A stretch of DNA of 64,000 bases from contig JASKBU010000088.1 in the NCBI GenBank assembly GCA_033272285.1, forward strand, positions 8,687 through 72,686, given 5' to 3'. The stretch comes from Nitrososphaeraceae archaeon. Lineage in GTDB: Archaea; Thermoproteota; Nitrososphaeria; Nitrososphaerales; Nitrososphaeraceae. The notes beneath the pieces are model-generated. The model made no database searches, had not been told where the DNA came from, and saw nothing but the letters and a program-made list of their open reading frames with translations. Positions 17,316 through 26,577 of this stretch are shown piece by piece. The translations under genes were made by a program, and so were the position numbers. Position 1 is the first letter of the stretch. Every line of letters begins with the position of its first letter.

Positions 17316-18243
17316 GAAATATCTAACCAGCATTGATGATTTAAGTGAGGAAGAGATCCTCAATCTAATTTCGTATGCAATTGAATTAAAAAAGAATCGT
17401 CATCATGGCAACAATAATGTGGAAAAACAATTTTTGGCAGGGAAAACTCTTGCATTGATGTTCGAAAAACCCTCAACTAGAACGCGCTTGAGCTTTGAAA
17501 CTGCAATGTTTCAATTGGGTGGTAATACCATTTATCTGAATTCTAATGATCTTCAGCTATCCAGAGGAGAATCAATCAAAGATACTGCCAAAACCATATC
17601 ATTGTACGTTGACTGTTTGGTGGCAAGAGTTTATTCCCATGAAACAATAGTCGAATTGGCACAAAATTGTAAAATTCCCGTAATTAACGGATTATCTGAT
17701 TTGTATCATCCATGCCAGATCCTGGCTGATCTGATGACAATATTGGAATATAAGAAGAGCTTTATAGGATTAACGCTTTCATGGATAGGTGATGGAAATA
17801 ATGTTTGTAATGATTTACTAATAGGATGCGCAAAAATGGGACTGAATATCAAAGCTGCAATTCCAGAAGGATACGATCCGCCATTAGAGATACTTAAAAT
17901 AGTAACGCGGGAATCTAAATTAAAGGCAACAGACTTTACTATTCTACGGGATCCAATAGAAGCAGTAAAAAATACCGATATTGTCGTAACAGACACTTTT
18001 GTTTCTATCGGGAAAGAAAAAGAAGATGGAAAGAGAAGATCAACTTTTATTCCAAAATATCAAGTAAACGACAAACTAATGAGCTACTCAAAGGACGATG
18101 CAATTTTTATGCACTGTTTACCTGCAAAAAGGGGTCAAGAAGTAACATCAGATGTGATAGATGGAAGTAAATCTGTTGTTTGGGATGAGGCAGAAAATAG
18201 ATTGCACGTTCAAAAATCTCTATTGCAAAGTTTTCTTAGCTGA
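17299..18243 (+). CDS. argF: ornithine carbamoyltransferase
   Basis: STRTRLSFE, HPCQILAD and HCLPA motifs. The ATG overlaps the ftsY 3' end by 17 nt. Confidence 0.9.
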   Translation: MISLNKKYLTSIDDLSEEEILNLISYAIELKKNRHHGNNNVEKQFLAGKTLALMFEKPSTRTRLSFETAMFQLGGNTIYLNSNDLQLSRGESIKDTAKTISLYVDCLVARVYSHETIVELAQNCKIPVINGLSDLYHPCQILADLMTILEYKKSFIGLTLSWIGDGNNVCNDLLIGCAKMGLNIKAAIPEGYDPPLEILKIVTRESKLKATDFTILRDPIEAVKNTDIVVTDTFVSIGKEKEDGKRRSTFIPKYQVNDKLMSYSKDDAIFMHCLPAKRGQEVTSDVIDGSKSVVWDEAENRLHVQKSLLQSFLS

Positions 18244-18471
18244 TTTAAAGTACAAAGTAAGAATAAAAGTATACAAAATTATTGTTATCACTGTTATAGG
18301 ACTTATTGGAATTTCAATGGCTAAATCAGGACCATTAGGATGCTGATTAATGTTGTTTTTTACAATAACTCTATTCAAAACTCATTTTTGAAAATAGCCA
18401 GTGCTAATAGTTTATGATACTCGCTATGATACTCGCTAATGAGAAAAGTTAGTCATCGCTCGTGTTTACTG

Positions 18472-19965
18472 CTATTTTAGATTTGAATGTGTCACTATCT
18501 GCTTTATTGTATTTTGTATGTTCTCTTTTACAAGATCTATACTTTCCTTCTTTTTGTGAACATCATTCGAATATCTCTGTAACAGTAACTTGCGTTTTCT
18601 TATTATTCTAATCTGTTCTTTTGGATTTGGAGAACCCTCAGAATGGCGGACTTTGATAGATCTCTTGGAGTCAATTTCTCTTATTGTTTTGATTAGCTTA
18701 TCTACAGAGATGTCGGCTTTCACTTTCGACAGAATATCTTTAATATCGCTACTTAATAAAGACCTGAAAGGTATTTCGTCGTTGTTACTTATCGAGAGAT
18801 TAACTAGCGCTCCAACCAATTTATGAGCGATTCTAAAAGGTACTTTGTATCTTGTAACCATTACTTCGGCAATATCTAGAGATATCGCATAACTTTCATT
18901 TGACGCTCTTCTCATTACATCTTTTTTTACTATTAGACATTGAATGATATCATTCATAATATCTAGTGACGAGACTGCTAATTCGACAGAGTTCCAAAAT
19001 GGAAACTTTGTATCCTGTAAATCCCTGCTATAGCCCGAAGGCAGTGATTTTAGTATCGTCAAAATGGTTGTGAGATTTCCAATCACAATTGCCGTTTTGG
19101 ACCTTGTTATTTCAAGTGGATCAGGATTCCTCTTCTGTGGCATGGCGCTTGATGTTGAAGTATGTCTATCACTGATTTCTATGAAACCGAACTCTTGGGA
19201 GGACCAAATAATAAAGTCTTCGGAAATTCTACTCAACGTTATCATTATTGAAGACATAACTGATACAAGCTCTACCATGAAATCTCTTGAAGATGTTGCG
19301 TCTATCGAGTTAGATATTATATTATCAAAACCTAACAGTTTTGCCGTCATATTTCTATCAATTGGTAAAAGTGATCCTCCCATTGGACCGGCACCTAATG
19401 GAGATTGATTTAACCTATCATATAGCGAAAACAATTTATCTATCTCTCGTATAAGGCCATCAGAATATGATAACAGATAGTGAGCAAAGTTTCCAATTTG
19501 TGCTTGCTGTAAATGTGTATAAAGAGGCATTATTGAATCTAGATTGTCTTCAGACTTTGCTATTAGTACTTTTATTAAATTAATAAGGTGAACTATGACA
19601 TTTATTGTATCATCCCTTGCCTTAATTCGAATATCTGTAACTATCTGATCATTTCGTGATCTGCCTGTCTGAACTTTACCTCCCACATTGATTCCTATCT
19701 TTTTTATCAAGTGAGTTTCAAGCGCTTCATGAATATCTTCATATCCTTTTCTGGAAAGTCTTCCCGGATAACGCAATACACTGTCCAATTCTCGTATCAA
19801 GCGTGCAACCTCATCCTTGTCTAATATGTGAATCTTGTAAAGCATTATCACATGGACCTTGGTACATAAGATATCATAATAGAGAATCTTATCATCTATA
19901 TCAATGGATGAAAGAAAATTTAATGTGCGCTTATCTAGATCTTCTTTGTGCCTCGATCTATACAT
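18472..19965 (-). CDS. argH: argininosuccinate lyase
   Basis: Fumarate-lyase signature TSSAMPQKRNPD. 497 aa, with a C-terminal extension beyond the usual core. Confidence 0.92.
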   Translation of the reverse strand: MYRSRHKEDLDKRTLNFLSSIDIDDKILYYDILCTKVHVIMLYKIHILDKDEVARLIRELDSVLRYPGRLSRKGYEDIHEALETHLIKKIGINVGGKVQTGRSRNDQIVTDIRIKARDDTINVIVHLINLIKVLIAKSEDNLDSIMPLYTHLQQAQIGNFAHYLLSYSDGLIREIDKLFSLYDRLNQSPLGAGPMGGSLLPIDRNMTAKLLGFDNIISNSIDATSSRDFMVELVSVMSSIMITLSRISEDFIIWSSQEFGFIEISDRHTSTSSAMPQKRNPDPLEITRSKTAIVIGNLTTILTILKSLPSGYSRDLQDTKFPFWNSVELAVSSLDIMNDIIQCLIVKKDVMRRASNESYAISLDIAEVMVTRYKVPFRIAHKLVGALVNLSISNNDEIPFRSLLSSDIKDILSKVKADISVDKLIKTIREIDSKRSIKVRHSEGSPNPKEQIRIIRKRKLLLQRYSNDVHKKKESIDLVKENIQNTIKQIVTHSNLK

Positions 19966-20099
19966 GGTTAAAACAAACTACTGCTAGACTTATTTATTGA
20001 TATTTATGACCTAGTTATTTATTTTCACTGCAATTATCTGATTAATTTTAATAAAAAAAATCAATAGTTATATAGTATTAAAATAAATTCATTAGACAT

Positions 20100-20417
20100 A
20101 TGAGTCAGGAAATTCAGCAATTACGAAAATCAATATTTGATGAGCTTACAAAAATCGTAGATCCTGAAATTGGAGTTTCCATCATGGAACTTGAATTAAT
20201 TGATAAGGTCGACATTGAAGAAGGGAAAGTAAAAATAGATTTACACTTGACAAGTCCGTTTTGCCCTGCCATATTTGGTTTCAAAATAGCTCAAGACATT
20301 CGGGACAATGTCTACAAAATACAGGGTGTTACAGAATCAAAAGTAAATGTGAGTAATCACTTTATGGCTGATGCAATAAACAAACAAGTTAACGAAAGCA
20401 AATTAGCTTCAAAATAG
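20100..20417 (+). CDS. DUF59/MIP18-family Fe-S cluster assembly protein
   Basis: DPEIGVSIMELELI and LTSPFCP motifs. Confidence 0.8.
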   Translation: MSQEIQQLRKSIFDELTKIVDPEIGVSIMELELIDKVDIEEGKVKIDLHLTSPFCPAIFGFKIAQDIRDNVYKIQGVTESKVNVSNHFMADAINKQVNESKLASK

Positions 20418-20453
20418 TTAGGGTCAAAGAATTTGAAATTTTGAATTGAACTA

Positions 20454-21302
20454 TTAGCTATTGCTATCAATAGCGCTGTCTTCTGTATTTGCATTGTTGT
20501 TTATTTCAACTCTTTTTGCCGGGACTTTATCGTTCTTGGATATACCAAGCACGTAGGATCTTAATAGCTGAATCCCTAGAGCAGGGTCTACTCCTTTAGG
20601 ACATACTTTGCTGCATGAGCCAGCAAAATGACATCGCCATATTCCATGTCTATCATCGACTATATCCAATCTATTCTTGGATTCATCCCTTGTGTCGGCA
20701 AAATATCGGTATTGTTGCGCCAAGGCCTGTGGTCCCGGAAATTTCAAATCAGTTCCAACAGTAGGACATGCAGACGAACACAAACCGCATTTTATGCAGT
20801 ACGAGAACTGTAGATACTTATCCACGTCTTCTGGAGATTGGTAAAATGAAAATGTCCCTTTATTGGTATCAGTTTCTAAATTGTCTTTAGCCTGTAAATA
20901 AGGCTGCATGTCTTTATGATGGTTGAAGAATTGTGAAAAATCAGTAACAAGATCTCTTATTATTGGAAAATTTGAAAGGGGTGCGCATTCAATAATTGAT
21001 GTTTCCAGTTCAGAGATTTTTGTATAACAGGCCAGTTTTGGTATCCCATTTATTTTCATACCACAGGAACCACATGAGGCCATCCTGCACGAATATCTTA
21101 TGGCAACGCTGGGATCTATGTAACTTTTTACATATAATAGCGCATCAAGTACGGTTGTCCATTTTTTGTACGGAACTTCAAAAGTGTCATAATGGGACCC
21201 AGTTTTCTGTGACCTGTTTTCTCTGTATACTTTTAATGTTATCCGCTGCTCATTCACGTTGTTGATATTGTTATTGCTTTTACTGTCAGCCGTATTGCTC
21301 AA
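20454..21302 (-). CDS. sdhB: succinate dehydrogenase iron-sulfur subunit
   Basis: Cluster motifs CRMASCGSCG (2Fe-2S), CIKCGLCSSACP and CHFAGSCSKVCP. Confidence 0.9.
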   Translation of the reverse strand: MSNTADSKSNNNINNVNEQRITLKVYRENRSQKTGSHYDTFEVPYKKWTTVLDALLYVKSYIDPSVAIRYSCRMASCGSCGMKINGIPKLACYTKISELETSIIECAPLSNFPIIRDLVTDFSQFFNHHKDMQPYLQAKDNLETDTNKGTFSFYQSPEDVDKYLQFSYCIKCGLCSSACPTVGTDLKFPGPQALAQQYRYFADTRDESKNRLDIVDDRHGIWRCHFAGSCSKVCPKGVDPALGIQLLRSYVLGISKNDKVPAKRVEINNNANTEDSAIDSNS

Positions 21303-21311
21303 TATCTATTA

Positions 21312-21668
21312 TCACAATCCATTTGCCAATATTATTGTTCTAGTCCCGTATGCAATCAGTGCAATCATTGCTGATATTGTCACGACAGTAACCATGTTTT
21401 CCCAGGCCCTACTTTGTCTAAGCTCTAATAATATTATTCTTACTCCGTTAAAACCATGCACAGAAATTAGGACAAGAATTGACTCTAAAATTAAGACATA
21501 GACTAAATTCTTGTAATTGGCGATAATGTAATCATATTCAAGACTCAGTTCAAATGGGACTACTAGTCTCATCAAGATGTGAACTGCAACAACAAATATT
21601 GCAGCAATACCTGTGATGTAGTGAATTTTCATTATTTGGCTTTCTTTTAATAGTGTACGGCTTTCCAT
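21312..21668 (-). CDS. sdhD: succinate dehydrogenase membrane anchor subunit
   Basis: Three hydrophobic helices, positioned between sdhC and sdhB. I chose Met14 of the listed ORF (10 nt after the sdhC stop). The listed ORF start is 21707. Confidence 0.6.
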   Translation of the reverse strand: MESRTLLKESQIMKIHYITGIAAIFVVAVHILMRLVVPFELSLEYDYIIANYKNLVYVLILESILVLISVHGFNGVRIILLELRQSRAWENMVTVVTISAMIALIAYGTRTIILANGL

Positions 21669-21678
21669 GATTGATTGA

Positions 21679-22125
21679 TTACACTCCGAACAAGACGTTA
21701 AAGCCATAGTACATTGCCACTGCAGACAAAATCAATGCAATCCATACACCGGATTTTTGCCTGTAATTTAGTGACGCCGGGCTGTATGGGTAGTCTGGTC
21801 TTCCGGGAGTTCCCAGTCCGATACCTGCATGGGTAAAGACGAGTCGAATACCATTTGCAGAATGAAATGTACTAGCACCAATTACCATAATTAGAAACAG
21901 GTGTCCCCATATTGTTTGAGTTAATTCTAAAAATGATTCCCATGCATTCTGGCCATTAACTATAGTACTTGTTTCATACACATGTCCAATAAAGTAGATT
22001 AAAAGAAAAACTCCTGTTAACCTCTGAAACCAGTAGGAAATTCGCTCCCAACCATACCTCGAAGGATTAAGCCATCCTGCTATTCCTTCAAAGTTGTTAC
22101 GAGTCGGCTGTTCTATCTCTTTCAT
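21679..22125 (-). CDS. sdhC: succinate dehydrogenase cytochrome b subunit
   Basis: Hydrophobic protein with conserved His residues. The Met18 start forms TGATG with the sdhA stop (1-nt overlap). The listed ORF start is 22176. Confidence 0.7.
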   Translation of the reverse strand: MKEIEQPTRNNFEGIAGWLNPSRYGWERISYWFQRLTGVFLLIYFIGHVYETSTIVNGQNAWESFLELTQTIWGHLFLIMVIGASTFHSANGIRLVFTHAGIGLGTPGRPDYPYSPASLNYRQKSGVWIALILSAVAMYYGFNVLFGV

Positions 22126-23852
22126 CAGTATTTTCTCTCTGCTGGAATATATCTTGTCAAGGTTACAGGATGCCACGAAAAGTGCGGTTCATCTTCGCCT
22201 TTAAAATATGCCAGTGTATGTTTTAGGAAATTAACATCATCTCTATTAGGGTAGTCATTCCTAGAATGTGCACCGCGTGATTCCCTCCTATTCAAAGCTC
22301 CAACTATTATTATTTCTCCCACTCTCAATAATGAATCTATCTCCATTACATTAATGAAATTTGTATTATATTCTTTGGCACTATCATCAACGTGTTTCCA
22401 TGCTGAATTCCGAAGCTCTCTCACCTTTTTCAAGCCTTCAAGGAGGTTGTTTTCATCCCGGAAAATATAGGCCTTGACGTCCATCATATCTGTAAACTCC
22501 TTTCTAATGTCATATGGGTTGACCTGGCCTCTTCCACGGAAAATTCCATCAAATATTCTCTTTTCTTCAGATTCAACCTTGTTTTCTGCAACGGTTGTAG
22601 TTGTGCCTGCCTCTTTCTCCTTTTCAGCGTAATTTGCAGCCAATTTTCCTGTTATGGTTCCCCATACCAAGCATTCTGAAGTAGAGTTTGCTCCAAGTCT
22701 ATTTGCCCCGTGCAGGCTATTGCAGGCTGCTTCACCTGCAGACCACAAGCCATTCATTTCAGTTTGACCATCGATGTTAGTGTGAATGCCACCCATCATG
22801 TAATGACAAACAGGTCTAATTTCTATAGGCTCACTTATTATATCGACCCCTGAAAATTTGAAACCAATTTCTCTAATACCTGCTAGCTTTTCTTTTATGC
22901 GTTCTTCGCCCAGGTGAGTGAGATCTAACTTTAGACAGTCTACTCCAGTTTCGTGTTTAAATCCCCTGCCATTTTCAATTTCCTTTATCATTGATCTGGA
23001 AACGACGTCACGCGGAGCCAGTTCTAGTTTTTCTGGTGCGTAGTTTTTCATGAATCTCTCGCCTATATTATTTATCAAATATCCGCCTTCTCCTCTGGCG
23101 CCTTCTGTTATGAGAATACCTGACGGAAGTATTCCTGTAGGGTGAAATTGAACAAATTCCATGTCCTTCAGGGCCAAACCTGCCCTATAACCCATATCCA
23201 GACCATCCGGAGTGGAAGAGTACGCATAAGTTGAAAAGCTATAAAGTCTTCCTGCACCACCGGTGGCGATAATTCCAGAATTAGAGTTAAACACATAAAA
23301 GTTTCCACTTTTCATCTCTATAGCAGTAACACCGGAAAAGTTATTGTTACCATCATCGAGTATTGATGTGCAAAACCATTCGTTATAAAAATGGATGTTA
23401 TCATATTTTAGACACGTATCGTACAGTGTTTGCATTTGATAAAAACCAACTTTGTCTTGCGCGTAGGTAGCCCTTGGGAAAGAATATCCACCAAATTTTC
23501 TCTGATCGATTCTGCCATCATCCCTTCTTGACCAGGGCATTCCCCACTTGTCCATTTGGTATATCTCATTTGGTATTTCATGGGCTAGTTTTTCAGCTAC
23601 GTCCTGATCGCACAGGAAATCACTACCCCTTATGGTATCATATATGTGCGACTCTATATTGTCGCCCTCATCAGAAAATAGGACCGCTGCTGTTCCACCT
23701 TCGGCAGAGACCGAATGTGACCGCATAACCTGGACCTTTGAAATTACTCCGATATTCAACTTGTCATTTGTCATTGCAGCGGAAATAGCGGCACGCAATC
23801 CTGCCAGGCCTGTGCCTATGATAAGCATATCGTGAGAAATATGGTCTGTCAA
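22125..23852 (-). CDS. sdhA: succinate dehydrogenase flavoprotein subunit
   Basis: IIGTGLAGLRAA FAD fold, RSHSVSAEGG (covalent-FAD His), HYMMGGI, and RGAHSRNDYP. Confidence 0.95.
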   Translation of the reverse strand: MTDHISHDMLIIGTGLAGLRAAISAAMTNDKLNIGVISKVQVMRSHSVSAEGGTAAVLFSDEGDNIESHIYDTIRGSDFLCDQDVAEKLAHEIPNEIYQMDKWGMPWSRRDDGRIDQRKFGGYSFPRATYAQDKVGFYQMQTLYDTCLKYDNIHFYNEWFCTSILDDGNNNFSGVTAIEMKSGNFYVFNSNSGIIATGGAGRLYSFSTYAYSSTPDGLDMGYRAGLALKDMEFVQFHPTGILPSGILITEGARGEGGYLINNIGERFMKNYAPEKLELAPRDVVSRSMIKEIENGRGFKHETGVDCLKLDLTHLGEERIKEKLAGIREIGFKFSGVDIISEPIEIRPVCHYMMGGIHTNIDGQTEMNGLWSAGEAACNSLHGANRLGANSTSECLVWGTITGKLAANYAEKEKEAGTTTTVAENKVESEEKRIFDGIFRGRGQVNPYDIRKEFTDMMDVKAYIFRDENNLLEGLKKVRELRNSAWKHVDDSAKEYNTNFINVMEIDSLLRVGEIIIVGALNRRESRGAHSRNDYPNRDDVNFLKHTLAYFKGEDEPHFSWHPVTLTRYIPAERKY

Positions 23853-24015
23853 ATAACTATTGCAACCTCATCCAATCCTTCCATCCATTATCCTTTACGA
23901 TGACCTCTATACTCAGCAGTAAATATATTATTCTTTTTTCAGAGGAATAAATACTAATCCAGCTGACATGCCTGAAGATACACTTTAATTGTGAGATCCT
24001 ATTTTTCCCAGTCAG

Positions 24016-24273
24016 ATGAGCCTAAATTGCACTGGCAAGGTGCTCCTGACAACCAATACTTCAGACGATGGTATAGCACAAGCTGCCAAGAGGATATTGA
24101 TTGAAAACGGGATACAAGAATCACAGATAACGTTGGGTTATGATATACAAATCCTGGAAAAAGACGATTTTTATGTTAGCTATGATCCGCCAGATTTGGT
24201 CATAAGAATTGTATATGATAAAAAGCCAAATGGTATGATAAAGATGAAGAATATCAAAATGATTAAAATTTAA
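24016..24273 (+). CDS. hypothetical protein
   Basis: 85-aa ORF with no motif. Confidence 0.35.
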   Translation: MSLNCTGKVLLTTNTSDDGIAQAAKRILIENGIQESQITLGYDIQILEKDDFYVSYDPPDLVIRIVYDKKPNGMIKMKNIKMIKI

Positions 24274-24328
24274 ACCAAAGATTCACAATATTAAATTAAA
24301 AGAAAAAGAAAATTTGAATTACATTTGT

Positions 24329-25600
24329 CTATACTATCTTATCTAAATATTTGTCAATTTCATTAATACTGTGCTTCTGTTCCTTTAATCCAGACTTTAT
24401 AGTAACGATGCCTTTTTTGAATTCATCAAGGCTTATGATAATTATAGCAACTGCTTTTTTGAGGGCAGCTTCGTGAAACTGTTTGCTTATTGTTCTGCCG
24501 TTTATGTCATAATCAGTAGCATACCCAAGATTTCTTAATTTTGAAACCACTTCAATTGCATGTTTTTTCTCTTCTTTGGAACTATAGGTGACATAAATTA
24601 GGGGCCTTTGGGTTGTCTTGTTTGATTTGTCTTTTATGGCCGTCAGAATCCTTTCCACGCCACCTGCGGCACCGGTTGCAAACAAATCTTTTCTACCAAA
24701 CGCTTCTGTCAATCTATCATATCTGCCGCCACCGACAAGCGATCCAATCTGGGATGATCGATCTTTGGCTTCAAATACAATGCCCGAATAATAATCAAGC
24801 CCTCGGACTATCCTAAAATCTACCATCAAGTTGCTTACCTGTCTTGATTTCAAAGAATCTACAAGTTCCACAAGGACTTTGGATGACTCAAATTCACTTA
24901 CCTTACTGTTTTCTAGCATTTTCTCAGGTGTGCCGCTAAAGGCGACAAATCCAATAAGTTTTCGCAAACTGGCCGAGTCAAGCTTTTGCTTGTATTCTTC
25001 AACTATTTGCTCAGTACTTTTTTTGGCAAGTTTATCAATTGCCCTCATCATTTCATTTACAGTACTATTATCTGCAATCCCAAGAGATCTTGTCAAGTAT
25101 TCTTCTAAAATAGATCTATGGTTTATTGCAATGACAAAATCAATTCCCAATTTTTTCAAGAAGTGTGAAACAAACTCTATAATTTCCGCATCAGCATCTA
25201 CCTCCGGCGATCCAAATATTTCGATATCCCATTGATGAAAATATCTGTATCTTCCTAACTGTGGTTCGTCATAACGCCAGACACCTCCAAATGATGATAA
25301 TTTTGCTGGCAGTTTAAGGTCTCTTCGCATGGAAACGTATCTAGACAGTCCTATGGTAAGGTCAAAACGTAATGCTATATTTCGTCCACCTTTATCCGAA
25401 AAGCTGTATGTTTCGTCAATTATTGATGGCCCGCTTTTGACTTCAAGAGTGGATAATAATTCCAGCGTTGAAGGCTCTATTTGCTTAAAGTCAAAGATTT
25501 CTGCAGTTTCTACGAATTTGTCTCTAATATAGGATATATTTCCTAATTCTTCATATTGCAAATCCCTCATGCCTCGCGGAAGGTCTAACTTCACAATCAT
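24329..25600 (-). CDS. hisS: histidine--tRNA ligase
   Basis: Class II motifs, including RYFHQWDIEIFG and GGGRYDRL. Confidence 0.93.
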   Translation of the reverse strand: MIVKLDLPRGMRDLQYEELGNISYIRDKFVETAEIFDFKQIEPSTLELLSTLEVKSGPSIIDETYSFSDKGGRNIALRFDLTIGLSRYVSMRRDLKLPAKLSSFGGVWRYDEPQLGRYRYFHQWDIEIFGSPEVDADAEIIEFVSHFLKKLGIDFVIAINHRSILEEYLTRSLGIADNSTVNEMMRAIDKLAKKSTEQIVEEYKQKLDSASLRKLIGFVAFSGTPEKMLENSKVSEFESSKVLVELVDSLKSRQVSNLMVDFRIVRGLDYYSGIVFEAKDRSSQIGSLVGGGRYDRLTEAFGRKDLFATGAAGGVERILTAIKDKSNKTTQRPLIYVTYSSKEEKKHAIEVVSKLRNLGYATDYDINGRTISKQFHEAALKKAVAIIIISLDEFKKGIVTIKSGLKEQKHSINEIDKYLDKIV

Positions 25601-25636
25601 GAGGATCGTGTGTCACCATTTAGATTTTGCGATTAG

Positions 25637-25646
25637 TTATAATAAA
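25637..25646. promoter_or_regulatory. TATA-like element in the hisS/archease divergent region
   Basis: ttataataaa lies about 24 nt upstream of the in-frame TTG at 25665 (archease) and about 40 nt upstream of the hisS ATG on the other strand. Confidence 0.3.
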
Positions 25647-25664
25647 GTAGCAGAAAAACAGACA

Positions 25665-26096
25665 TTGTTGGCTGGAGGTTACAGATATCTTGACCACGTC
25701 ACGGATGCATATATTGAGGCGTACGGTGACAGCATGGAAGAAGCATTTTCGTACGCAGCCAAAGGAACAGTCAATGTAATGTTTGAAATTAACGCTATTC
25801 GGGGCAAAAGCAATTTAGAATTTGAAGTAGAGGGACATGACTATTCAGAATTATTATTCAACTGGTTGGAAAGGATACTTTTACTTATTGCAATAGACAA
25901 CAAAGTAATGTCGAATTTTGAGATAAAAATTACTAAACTTGAATCTAAATATCAACTGACAGCAGTGACAATGACAGAATCAATAGACTTGTCAAAACAT
26001 GGCTATAGGACCGAAATAAAAGGGGTTACCTACCATGAAATGGAAGTTTTACAAGAAGGAGATTTGAATAAAGTAAGGTTCATCCTTGATTTATAG
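25665..26096 (+). CDS. archease (RtcB tRNA-ligase activator)
   Basis: YRYLDHVTDAYIEAYG and KGVTYHEMEV motifs. The listed ATG at 25569 would overlap hisS and add about 32 non-conserved aa. The TTG at 25665 gives the usual length of about 143 aa and is probably leaderless. Confidence 0.85.
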   Translation: MLAGGYRYLDHVTDAYIEAYGDSMEEAFSYAAKGTVNVMFEINAIRGKSNLEFEVEGHDYSELLFNWLERILLLIAIDNKVMSNFEIKITKLESKYQLTAVTMTESIDLSKHGYRTEIKGVTYHEMEVLQEGDLNKVRFILDL

Positions 26097-26218
26097 TGAA
26101 CCAAAAAGGCACAAAACATTACAACACCAAACATTTTAGAACTCATAATACGTAGTATAGAAATTTTTGTTGTTGCCTTACAAGATTTAAATATCAATTC
26201 AGATGATAAATTGTAACA

Positions 26219-26557
26219 ATGAGTTCTGATTCTAATAAGCCCACGCTTGTTGAATTGTCCGAAAAAAACTTTGACGAAGTAATAGGGGGTAATAAGCCCG
26301 TACTGGTAGATTTTTGGGCAACATGGTGTGGACCATGTCAGTTCATGCTTCCAATATTTGACAAGCTTGCCAAAAAGTATGAAGAGAAAGTTATTTTTGG
26401 AAGACTGAATGTTGATGACAACCAGGGAGTGGCAATGAGGTTTGACGTCTACGCGATTCCTACATTCATTGTATTTATGAATGGAAAGCTAGTCGAAAAA
26501 GCAGTCGGCGCTGTTGGCGAGAAGGGGCTAGAAGGTTTACTAGACAAGTACCAGTAA
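26219..26557 (+). CDS. trxA: thioredoxin
   Basis: WATWCGPC active site. 112 aa. Confidence 0.9.
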   Translation: MSSDSNKPTLVELSEKNFDEVIGGNKPVLVDFWATWCGPCQFMLPIFDKLAKKYEEKVIFGRLNVDDNQGVAMRFDVYAIPTFIVFMNGKLVEKAVGAVGEKGLEGLLDKYQ

Positions 26558-26577
26558 CAAAATTTTGAATCTTTATT

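Noticed and set aside
23890-23970. Weak C/D box-like spacing (CGATGAC ... CTGA) upstream of sdhA.
   Set aside because: The C box is imperfect, there are no internal C'/D' boxes and no terminal stem. This is probably promoter-region sequence.
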